A stretch of 64,000 bases of DNA from the NCBI GenBank assembly GCA_934149275.1, contig CAKPEG010000001.1, positions 82,109 through 146,108 on the forward strand, given 5' to 3'. Position 1 is the stretch's first letter, and each line of letters begins with the position of its first letter. This document shows, piece by piece, positions 18,195-29,800 of the stretch. The position numbers and the translations under genes were made by a program. Source of the stretch: an uncultured Clostridia bacterium. Its GTDB lineage: Bacteria > Bacillota > Clostridia > TANB77 > CAG-508. The notes beneath the pieces are model-generated. The model saw only the letters and a list, made by a program, of their open reading frames with translations, ran no database searches and had not been told where the DNA came from.

Positions 18195-19760
18195 TTATTC
18201 CTGTTCAAGAATTGCAATAGCACATTTTATTCCATCAACAGCCGCAGACATAATTCCACCAGCGTATCCAGGACCTTCACCACAAGGATACAACCCTTTA
18301 ACTGTCTCTGATTGCAAACTATCATCTCTCACAATTTTAACAGGAGAAGAACTTCTAGTTTCAACACCAGTCATTATCGCATCATCATCTGCAAAACCTT
18401 TTAACTTATTATCAAAATATTTTATTCCTTCTTTCAAAGTATCTGAAACAAAAGAAGGTAAAATGTCATTTAAATTAGCAAACGTTACACCTGGCATATA
18501 TGTCGGCTTTATCTTTCCTATTTTCTCTGTTTTCTTATTTTCTAAAAAATCACCTACTCTTTGAATTGGAGCATAATAATTACTTCCACCAAGTACAAAA
18601 GCTTTTTTCTCTAAATCTTTTTGAAATTCCAATCCAGCCAATGGATTATCACCGTCAAAATCATTTGGAGTAACATTAACTAAAACTGCACTATTAGCAT
18701 TTTCTCCATCACGCGCAAACCTGCTCATTCCATTTGTAACAATAGTACCTTCTTCGCTTGATGAAGCCATAACATATCCACCTGGACACATACAAAAAGT
18801 ATAACAAGACCTACCCGTATCATTGTTATGATATGCAAGCTTATATTCAGCCACAGGTAATTTTAGCTTTGATTTATTTCCATACTGCGCCTCATTAATC
18901 ATACTTTGCTTATGTTCAATTCTAACTCCAACTGAAAAATTTTTACGCTCCATTTTTAACTTCTTAGAATATAATACTTCAAATGTATCTCTCGCACTAT
19001 GACCAATTGCCAATACCGCTGTATCAGTTTCTATTTCACGTTTATCCGTTATAATCTTCTTCACTCTATTTTCTTCAAAATCAAAATCTATAACTTTTTC
19101 CTCAAATAAAAACTCTCCGCCATTATCCAAAATATAATTTCTAATATTAGAAATTATTTTTACTAAATTATCTGTTCCAATATGAGGTTTATTAACATAT
19201 TTAATTTGTTCAGGTGCACCAAATTTAACAAACTCCTCAAGCACATTTCTACAATAAATACTATGTATTCCAGAAGTAAGTTTTCCATCCGAAAAAGTTC
19301 CTGCACCACCTTCACCAAATTGAATATTAGATCTCACATTTAACTTACCACCATTAATAAAATCATCGACATCTTTTTTTCTATCTCCAACACGTTTTCC
19401 TTGTTCAATAATAATTGGCTTAATGCCATTATTAACTAAAACAAGTCCTGCAAACAAACCAGCAGGACCAGCACCAATAATTACTGGTCGTAAATCACTT
19501 TTTCTTTTTACTTGAACATCTATATCATAAACTTCTTTATCAACTTGCTTTACCTTTGGATATTTCTTTTCATTCTTCACTTTAACATCAATTGTATAGT
19601 TATAAAAAATATCACTTTTGTTCCTAGCATCAACTGATTTTTTAAAAATACTATATTCATTTACTTCACTAAAATCGATTTTATATTTCTTGCAAGCAAC
19701 CTTTGCAACATCTATATCCTCTAAATCTTCTCGAATCTTTATATTTTCCAATCTAAGCAT
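18195..19760 (-). CDS. FAD-dependent dehydrogenase (COG2509-type NAD(FAD)-utilizing protein)
   Basis: 521 aa. Rossmann dinucleotide motif VIIGAGPAGLFAGLVL at about residue 92. C-terminal GEGPGYAGGIMSAAVDG motif typical of this family. Confidence 0.6.
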   Translation of the reverse strand: MLRLENIKIREDLEDIDVAKVACKKYKIDFSEVNEYSIFKKSVDARNKSDIFYNYTIDVKVKNEKKYPKVKQVDKEVYDIDVQVKRKSDLRPVIIGAGPAGLFAGLVLVNNGIKPIIIEQGKRVGDRKKDVDDFINGGKLNVRSNIQFGEGGAGTFSDGKLTSGIHSIYCRNVLEEFVKFGAPEQIKYVNKPHIGTDNLVKIISNIRNYILDNGGEFLFEEKVIDFDFEENRVKKIITDKREIETDTAVLAIGHSARDTFEVLYSKKLKMERKNFSVGVRIEHKQSMINEAQYGNKSKLKLPVAEYKLAYHNNDTGRSCYTFCMCPGGYVMASSSEEGTIVTNGMSRFARDGENANSAVLVNVTPNDFDGDNPLAGLEFQKDLEKKAFVLGGSNYYAPIQRVGDFLENKKTEKIGKIKPTYMPGVTFANLNDILPSFVSDTLKEGIKYFDNKLKGFADDDAIMTGVETRSSSPVKIVRDDSLQSETVKGLYPCGEGPGYAGGIMSAAVDGIKCAIAILEQE

Positions 19761-20006
19761 AAAATATCTCCATTTTCATTCAACTATCATATAAGTTATA
19801 TCATACACCTTCTGTTTTCTCAATATTTTTAGTTAAAAACTCGTAATTCATATCACATTTTATGTAATTCTTCAACTTTTTACAAATTTTGCATTTTTCC
19901 CTCACTTGACAAGAAATAAAACCATTTGATATAATTTTCATATATATGAATTATTACTACAAAGGAATATTAATTAACGAACGATAAAATTAGGAAGTGA
20001 TTCAAA

Positions 20007-20177
20007 TGAAAAAATCAGATTTTTATATGAATGATGGTGTTACTGTCTTAGCTTTGACAATTAGACATGAGCAAAGACTTTTAGTTATAAATAATGCAAT
20101 AAAAGCAACTCGTAGAATTTCGCTAAAATCTATATTTTCTGCGATTGCACTTACTATATTAAATTTATTTATATAAA
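20007..20177 (+). CDS. Small hypothetical protein (56 aa) with hydrophobic C-terminus
   Basis: ATG at 20007 with an AGGAAGTG RBS. MKKSDFYMNDGVTVLALTIRHEQRLLVINNAIKATRRISLKSIFSAIALTILNLFI. Followed by a terminator hairpin. Below the ORF-track size cutoff. Confidence 0.25.
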
Positions 20178-20190
20178 ATACCAATTAAAA

Positions 20191-20233
20191 AAGAGTAAGC
20201 CGATAAGGGAATTAATCCCTTACCGGCTTTTTG
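20191..20233. terminator. Bidirectional rho-independent terminator
   Basis: aagccgataaggg-aattaat-cccttaccggctt with one mismatch in the stem, flanked by aaaaaag on the left and ttttt on the right. Confidence 0.5.
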
Positions 20234-20242
20234 TGATTCTAC

Positions 20243-20764
20243 CTATCTAACCCATCTTTCCATTGGAAGAAAAGTACCATACTTTCCGTATCTCAACCAC
20301 CCTATTGGGTTTCTTACTGATACACAGATTCCTTTGAATCTGGTACATTCCTCATCTGTCTGATACGTCTTTGCACACACATACTCTGGAAAATAAACAA
20401 CATCGTTATCATAATCCATCTGTTGTACAAAACTTGCACTCTGTAATCTGCCAGCATCAAGCATTCTAACTGCATCATATAATCCATGAGTGCAATCACA
20501 ATCCTGAATAAAATTTCGCAATACAACAATTTTATTCTGTTTCTGCTGCATTAAAATTACCACGGGTTCCTTTCTGTCGTTAATCTCTGCAGTTGACGCA
20601 AATTTAATTGCATCGTCTTTTTCTCCAAGGATTTCCAGGTTACTGCCATCCACAGTATACTGTTCACGGTCATTAATTCTATTGATTAACCGCTCTAACC
20701 ATTCTTCTGCTGTGGACAATGTTGTTGTTTTAATTTCTGTCATATGAATCCCTCTTTCTGCCAT
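20243..20764 (-). CDS. Hypothetical Cys-rich protein, compositionally foreign (about 40% GC)
   Basis: 173 aa (166 aa from the internal ATG at 20743, which has an AGAGGGA RBS). Codon usage is unlike its neighbours (CTG, CGG, ACC, GGC codons). Contains CDCTHG, CAKTY and CTRFKGICVSV. No recognisable family. Confidence 0.5.
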   Translation of the reverse strand: MAERGIHMTEIKTTTLSTAEEWLERLINRINDREQYTVDGSNLEILGEKDDAIKFASTAEINDRKEPVVILMQQKQNKIVVLRNFIQDCDCTHGLYDAVRMLDAGRLQSASFVQQMDYDNDVVYFPEYVCAKTYQTDEECTRFKGICVSVRNPIGWLRYGKYGTFLPMERWVR

Positions 20765-20894
20765 AATAACGGCCTCTTTTGAATTTATAAAATTGCTACA
20801 TAAACATTATACTACTTTTTTACAATTTTTTCAAATTTATAAAAAACAAGAGCAGAATTGAAATTCCACTCTCGTCTTTATTTCATTTATGAAA

Positions 20895-23800
20895 TTATTT
20901 CTTATCAACTGTATATGCAATGTATAGTTCTTTTTCTAATGTTTTATCATTCTTAATTTTGAATGTAAATCCTACACCGGGAGTATAACTTAATTCATCT
21001 CCTGTTCCAAGAGAATATGCTCCGTTTTTTAGAGTATCGATATTTATAGTAAAAGATGTTTCACCAATACTTAATACTACATCTCCTTTAACAGTTGCTG
21101 TTTCAGAAATTTGTAATTCTGTAGGTTTATTTGTAACTATAGCAGTATCATGTGTTGTTGAAGAATCCTTTAAAATTGTATCAAACTTATCAGAAAGATT
21201 TTTAGTCGTAGCTGTTGTATCTGCTCCATCCGCTACTGGGAAATATCCAGACTTTCCAATTGTTTTTAATACAAACTTAGCCAAATCTCTTTCACTATAA
21301 TAATGATAATATTCTTTAGTAGGCCATCCACCATTCCAAACATCTTTATCTTTAACGCCTGTAAATGGAACAACACTATTCATAGCTTGATGTGTAGCAT
21401 CAGTACAATTATATGGATTATTGCATTTAGTTACATAAGCGCATTTCTCAGATAATCCGACATTCTTGTTTCCAGGTCTAGGTATTGTTTCAGTTCCTAA
21501 TCCTATTGAATAAATCATATCAGCATGTGCTTTAACCTTGGTAGCTGACTCTATAATATTTTCTACACTATCATCTTGATATATTGGATACTTATTTGCA
21601 TCTGCCCAACCTTTTTCAACAAGTCCAGCTCTACTAGCTTCAGGTGTTGTTGGAGCACCATCTGATAAGAATATAACAACTTTCTTCTTATTGATTAATT
21701 TGCCTCCTGTAAGTAACGTATCAGTTGCTTTTAATCCAGCATTAATATTTGTACCTTCTATTGATTGTAAATCATCTATTCTTGCAAGTGCATCTTCTCT
21801 AGCAGTATATTTGTATATTGGTGAAGTTGTTGCCTTTTTACTATATGCAATAATTGTAACCGTAGAATCTGTTGCAACTCCTTTTGGGAATACTTTATTT
21901 ACCAATGCTTTTGCAGCAGTTTTAAGTGCATCTAATCTTCCAATGTTATTCTCTGTCATACTTGTTGAAACATCAAGCACTAAAACTAAATCCATAGATT
22001 TTGTAACTTCAGCTGTAGCTGCAATACTTATTTTCTTAACAACATCAACAGTAGCTGATTTTTCAATACCATTAATTGTTGCCGTATTTACAATATTCTT
22101 ATCAATATCAGTTTCAATTACTCTAACTCTAAATGTTAATGTTAATTTTGCACCAGCTTTTAAAGTTCCATCATATGATATTGTTCCATCGTTATAAGTT
22201 CCATTTCCTACAGTTGTTCCATTAACTTTAACAACTATTGGGTTAGCTTTTCCATCAAGTGGATTGCTATATTCAACACCAGCTGGTAATGGATCAATAA
22301 TATTTACTTTTCCATCACTATCTGATTTATTTTCAGCAGTAATAGTATATTCTATAATATCACCATATTCTGCTTTTCCATCTTTTTCATCATTTATAAC
22401 CGTAGCTGTCTTATCTGACTCAATCATAATCTTAACATTATTTGTAACTTTATTTGTAGTCTTTTCTGAAGAACCTTCTGGTGTATACTTAGCAGTATTT
22501 TCAACTACATAAGATAACTCTGATTCATTTAAAATTCTTGTCTTAGCTTCAATTGTAATAATTACTTGGTTTCCGCTATTCTTCTTTAATAATCCAGACC
22601 ATTCAAGTTTTCCAGTTTCTTTGTTGTAAGTAACGGCTGTTGATGCATCTGTTCCATTAGTTCTAATTGCACCTGTAACAGTTACATCAGTTAATTTACT
22701 AATGTCTATATCATCTGTAATAGTTACATTTGAATCTTCATCACCTGTGTTAGTTCCAACAAGTACATATTTTAATGTTGAACGAACATCTACTGTTTCT
22801 CCATTAATATCTTTATTTTCTGTATTTAATACTTGTTTTGTAACACTGATATTTGGTTTTACAACCTCATATGTTTTGTCATCAGTTGTAGTTGTTGTAT
22901 CTACTGTAACTTGGTTAGCTTCGATTGTTGCCTTTGTAACATTTTCACCTAAAGTATCTACTGAAACTTCAAATGTAATTGTTAATGTGTGTCCAGCTTC
23001 TAATCTATAACCATTTAATGAAATTGTTCTCTTATCTGTGCCTACAGTAATACCTTGAATATCATTTCCATTGTCTTTAGCTCTTATTGTATTTTCAACT
23101 AATGATACTCCTGGTTTTAATGTATCAGATACATTAATATTTTTGTATTCAGTTCCACTATTTGAAACTGTAATTGTATATTTAATTTTGTCTCCTTCGT
23201 GCACTGTTGTACCACTTGTTTGACCTTTACCACATTCAGAAATTACACTAGTCTTTGTAGTATTGATAATTGGTTTCTTAACATCTGTAGGTGGATTTGG
23301 ATCCTCTCTATCAACTCCATTTACATTTACTGTATTTGCAGTAAGTGTTGCTGAAGTTGCTGGAACTTCTTTTCCATTTACTATTGTTGTTCCTAAATTA
23401 TCTATAGTTACTCTAAATGTAATTGTTAATGTTGCTCCTGCTGCTAATGAGTAATCATTCAATGAAATTGATTTCTTATCATTTGCAACTATTACATTTG
23501 CGTCCGCTATACTTGTGCTTAATGAACCATCTTTAAATGTCATTTTTGATGGTAATGAATCATTCATATTTACAATTCCAGCAACCTTTCCATTATTAGA
23601 AATTGTAATTGTATATTCGATTTCATCACCTTCGTGAACTGTTGTAACCTTAGTTGCTCCTTCTGAGTCAATCATACCATATTGACCACATACAGCAACT
23701 CTTGATGTCTTGTTAGCTGATATTTGTGGTTTTCCGACCTTATCAGTAACTTCAGAAGATGGGTTACCATTATCTATTGTAGCTTTATTTGTTATAGATT

Positions 23801-26800
23801 TGTCTACACCTTCTGTAAATTCTTTTGCTTTAACTTGTATTTTTAATTCTCTAGATTTTCCTACTCCTAAATCTTTTACTGTCCATTTAATTTCAGGTAA
23901 TTTTGAAACATCAACTGTATCTCCATTATCTGTATATGAAACATATTCAACTTCATCTGGAAGTTTATCTGTAACAACTGCTGTTCCTACTTCTGTTCCA
24001 TTATTTGTAGCTGTTATAGTATATTCAAATGTTTCACCTACATTTAAATATCTGTTACCAACATTACTTGTTTTTGCAATAACAATATTAGGTTTCTTAA
24101 CAGTAGTTGGTGGATTTGGATCCTTTTCATCTACACCATTTACTGTTACTGTATTTGCAGTAAGTGTAGCTGAAGTAGCTGGAACATCTTTTCCATCTTT
24201 ATCTTTTACTGTTCCTAAATTATCTATTGTTACTTCAAATGTAATTGTTAATGTTGTATTTCCTGCTAATGAATAATTACTTAATGAAATTGATTTCTTA
24301 TCATTTGCAACTACTACATTTACATTTGATAGACTTGTAGTTAATGAACCTTTAAATGTCATTCCTGCTGGTAATGAATCGTTCATATTTACAATTCCAG
24401 CAACTTCTCCTGAGTTAGTTATTGTAATTGTATATTTAATTACATCACCTTCATGAACTGTTGTAGCTTTTTTACCAATAGTATCTTCAGTAGTTAGGTT
24501 AAGTTTACATTCTGTAACTTCACTTGATTTTGTAGTAGTAATTACTGGTTTAGCTATTTCTGTATTAACACTATCTTCCGGTTTATCACTACCATCTTTA
24601 TATACCGCATTTGTAACAGTAGTTGGATTTACTGTAACATCTGCTGGTGCTTTTACGTTAATACGTAATTTTCTGCTTTCTTTTACTTTTAAAGTATTAA
24701 CATTCCATGTTAACAATCTTGTTGTTTCGTCATAAGTTACAACATCATCATTAGTTGGTTTTACCAATCCATTGTATATTAACTCACTTGGAATTGTATC
24801 TGTTATAACTGTATTTCCAACATCTGTTCCAACGTTTGTAACTGTTATGTCATAGTAAAATTCTTCATTAACACTTACTAATGTTTTAGAAACTTCTTTC
24901 TTAACATTAATAACTGGTTTTATAACTTCATATTCTTTACCATCTGATGGAGATTTACCATCAACGCTAGCAACGTTTGCATCAATTTTCTTGCTATAAA
25001 TTATGTTGCCATCTTTATCCTTTGAATAATCTGCATCAGTCAATTCATTTACTCTTACATTAAATGTAATTGTCATTTCTTGACCTGCTGGTAATTCATA
25101 ATCAGTAATTGTAAGTAGGCCATTAGTTATAGAAACACCTGTATTTTCTCTATCTACACTTAATGTACCTTCTACATATGTCAATCCTGATTTTATAGTA
25201 TCGGTTACACTAATTTTCTTTGGCAATGTTCCTTCATTTTTAACTTTAATTGTATATTTAATTACATCGCCTTCATGAACTATTGTACCTTCTTTTATTC
25301 CTTTAGAACATTCTAAAATTTCACTTGTTTTTTCTGTTTTAATACTTGGTTTTCCTACAGTAATTGTTTCCTCATCTGTAGGTTTTCCATCTACATTAAC
25401 AATATTAGGTATTGTCTCACTAACACCATTAGTGATTTCTCCAACCCATACAGTTATAGTAGCTGTTCTTGATTCACCAGCTGGTAAATCTACAACATTC
25501 CATGTAACTGTTTTTGTAGTTTTATCATATGAAATAGAATCTTTATCATATTTATTTACTAATGCTGATTGTTTATATTCTAATCTGCTATCTATAACAT
25601 CAGTTACAGTTGCATTTCCTTTTTCAGTTCCATTATTAGTTACTGTTATAGTATATTCTACTAATCTATTTTCAATAATATATGCCTCATCAGCTGCAGG
25701 TGTTTCCTTAGTAGCTGTAATCATTGGCTTTTTAACATCTGTAGGCGGATTTGGATCTTTAGCTGGATCACCATTTACAGTGACTTCATTTGCAGTAAGT
25801 GTTGCTGAAGTTGCTGGAACTTCTTTTCCATCTACTATTTTTGTTCCTAAATCGTCTATAGTTACTCTAAATGTAATTGTTAATATTGTATTTGCTGCTA
25901 ATGAGTAATCATTCAATGAAATTGATTTCTTGTCATTTGCAACTACTACATTTGCATTTGGTAAGCTTGTGCTTAATGAACCTGCTTTAAATGTCATTCC
26001 CGTTGGTAATGGATCATTCATATTTACAATTCCAGCAACTTTTCCTGTATTAGAAATTGTAATTGTATATTCGATTTCATCATCTTCATGAACTGTTGTA
26101 ACCTTAGTTGCTCCATCTTCATCAATCATACCATATTTACCACATACAGCAACTTTACTTGCTTTAGTTGTTGAAATAATTGGTGTAGCAATAGTTACAT
26201 CTGTTGGTGAATCTGGTCCATTTGTAATCTTAGCTGTATTTGTAATTGTTTCTTCAGTTTTACCTTCACTAATTGATAATGGTGTAACCTTAATTTCAAT
26301 TCTTCTTGAAGTTTTAGCTGGTAAATTATTTACATTCCATGTAACTTTATTTCCTACAACGCTGATTGTATCTCCAGCTAATGCATCACCATAGCTATCT
26401 ATTCTTAAATTGCTTGGTACTTCATCTTCTACAACTGCAGAACCTTTCTCATCTCCATTGTTATCAACTACAATATAATATGAGAATTGTTTTCCAATCT
26501 CAGCATATTGACCTGCTTCAATTGAACTTGATTTTGTAACTTTCAAATCAGGTTTCCTAATTTCACCTGGTCCGTTTGGATCCTCAGTTGGATCACCATT
26601 TACATTTACTGTATTTGCTTCAAATGTAGCCTTTGTAATTTTGTTACCCTTTTCATCTAATCCAAGAGTTTTAACTCTTACTTTAAATGTAATAACAAGT
26701 TTACTTCCAGCTGCTAATTCATAATCATCTAATGAAATAACTCCATTTTCAGCTTTAACGCCTGTAATGTCTTTACTATCAACTTTAGCTGTTAAAGAAC

Positions 26801-29800
26801 CTTCAACAAATTCTACTTTATCTTTTAATTCATCTCTAACATTGATTTTATCAGAAACAACACCATTATTTTCAGCAGTTATTGTATATTGAATCTCATC
26901 ACCTTCATGAACTACATCAATTTTTGAACCTGTCATTCCATAGTCATTACATGTAACAACTTGAGATGACTTAGTAACATCAATATCAGGTTTTCCAATA
27001 TCAACATCTGTTGATGATGATGGATTATCATTATCAATTGTTGCTGTATTTGTAGTTTCAGCTTTAACACCATTTATATCTTTAGCTGTAACTCTAATCT
27101 TTAATACTTTTGAATCGTTAACTGCTAAATCTTTTAGATTCCATGTAACTGTGTTTCCACTAACAACTACACTATTATCAGCAACTTGATCATCAACTTT
27201 TATATTAGCTATATCAATTGTAAATTCATCTGGTATAACGTCTGTTATAACAGCATCTCCTTTTTCAGTTCCATTATTTTTAGCTGTTATTATATAATCA
27301 AAACTTTCTCCAACACGTACATAGTCTTTATCTACTACTGTACTTGTTTTAGAAATTTCTATATTTGGTCTCTTAACTTCTGTAGGTGGATTTGGATCTT
27401 CTTTTGGATTATCCGTATCGCCATTTACAATAACCTTATTAGCTTTTAATTCAGCATAAGTATTTTTAGTTTTGGTTCCATCTGGATTCTCTGTAACACC
27501 TAGTTCATTAACCCTAACTTTAAATGTAATGCTAAGTACAGCACCAGCTTCAATAGTATAATCATCTAATGTTAAAACATTATCTGTTACCTTAACATCA
27601 GCGCTTACAGCTTCAGCATTCAAAGAATCAGCAACAAATGTCAATCCTTCTGGAATCTCATCTCTTAATGAAACAAAATCTGAAGCTGTTCCCTTTTCAT
27701 TTGAAACTGTAATTGTATACTCAATTTCATCACCTTCGTGAACAGTCTTAACTTTGTCAATTCCGTCACCATCAATCATTGAGTAATCATCACATTTAAC
27801 AACCTTACTTACCTTAGTTGTTTCAATAACAGCTTTCTTAACTTCTGTAGGTGGATTTGGATCTTTTGCTTCAATAGTATCAACTACAGCAATATTTGGA
27901 GCAAGTGATTTTATACATGCTTTATTTCCATTTTCATCTTCTACATAGTCATCATCACTCAATTTATCTACTGTAACATTAAAAGTAATTATTAATTTCT
28001 CTCCAGCTTCTAATGTATAGCCACTTATTGAAATCTTATTATCACTTACAGTCATATTTTTAACTTCTTTACTTACTTTTACAGAAGTTTCATCAAGTGT
28101 TAATCCATTTGGAATAGGATCTTCTACATTAATTACCTTTGAAGCAGAACCCTTCTCATTTGAAACAGTAATCATATAAGAAATTGTATCTCCCTCATGA
28201 ACTGTAGAAACATTTCCAGTTTGTTTTAAACCTTCTGGCTCAGTACATGCTGAAACGACACTTGTCTTAGTTGCTTCAATCCAAGGTTTTTGTACTTCTT
28301 TATTACCGCCATCTTCTGGAATATTCTCATCATTAACAGTAACAACGTTTGCATCAATTACCTTTTTATAAACATATTTATTATCTTCAACTTTAACTAA
28401 ATCATTTTCAGTTAACCCATCAACTTTAACTACTAATGTAATTACTAATGAATCACCAGCAGCAAGTTCATAGTTTTCAACTTTTATACCTGTAACTTTA
28501 CCACCAGCATCTGTTACTTGTTGAACAGTACCTCTAGTAGTAGCAACACTTACAAAAGATAATCCTGATTTAATAGTATCAGTTAAATTAACCTTACCTT
28601 TCTCATCACCAGAATTTAAAACTGTAATTGTATATTTAATCTCATCATTTTCATGAACTACGTTTACTTTACCAGTTTGATTATATTCAGTACACTCAAT
28701 TACTTCACCTACTTTAGTAGTTGAAATCATTGATTTCTTAACATCTGTAGGTGGGTATGGATCCTCTTTTGGATTCTCCTTATCACCATTTACAATAACC
28801 TTATTAGCTTCTAATTTAGCATGAGTATTTTTAGTTATTGTTCCATCTTCATTCTTTGTTTCACCTAATTCATTAACTCTAACTCTAAATGTAATATTAA
28901 GTACAGCTTCAGCATCAATTGTATAATCATCTAATGTTAAAACATTATCTATTACTTGAACATCAGCATTTATGGCTTCAGCATTTAAAGAACCGGCGAT
29001 AAATGTCAATCCTTCTGGAATCTCATCTCTTAATGAAACAAGATCTGAAGCAGTTCCCTTTTTATTTGAAACTGTAATTGTATACTCAATTTCGTCACCT
29101 TCGTGAACAGTCTTAACCTTATCAACACCGTCACCATCAATCATTCCATAATCGTCACATTTAACAACCTTACTTGCCTTACTTGTTTCAACATAAGGTT
29201 TTACAACATCATAATCCTTATCTCCACCATCTGGTGTTTTATCAGTAGTTTCTCTTGAATTTACAGTTACCTTATTAGCTTCAATCTTACCTGAAGTAAT
29301 TGGAGAACCATCTTTATTTTCTCCTAATTGATTAACTGTTGCAACAAAAGAAATTTGTAATGTTGTGTTTGCAAGCAATTCATAATTTTCTAATGAAACT
29401 TCACCATTCTCAACTTTTACTGGAACATCAGAATTATCAACTTCTAAAGAACCTTCTTTATATGTTAAACCTTCTTTTATTGTATCTAATACATTAATCA
29501 TTTCATTAGTATCACCAGTATTTTTTATTGTTAATGTATATTTAATTTCATCATTTTCATGAACCGTTGTACCTTCAAACTCTTCTCTATCACATTTTAC
29601 AATCTCACTAGTCTTAATTGTATCTATGATAGTATTATGTGTTTCATTAGTCTTATCACCATTTACAACGGCCACATTTCTAATAGTTCCAGTAACATCT
29701 TCATTTACACGCACTATAAAACTTACACTCGTTACCTCTTCACCATCTTCAAAATCAACTGTCCAGAAAATTTTAGTTACGCCATCTACAGTAGTTTCTG

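Noticed and set aside
20314-20529. 71-aa ORF at 20314-20529 and similar overlapping ORFs (12053-12241, 12970-13255, 50698-51144, 51826-52140, 55563-55748, 59175-59738, 62875-63096)
   Set aside because: Each is embedded in, or antisense to, a longer well-supported gene and lacks an RBS; they are treated as noise.
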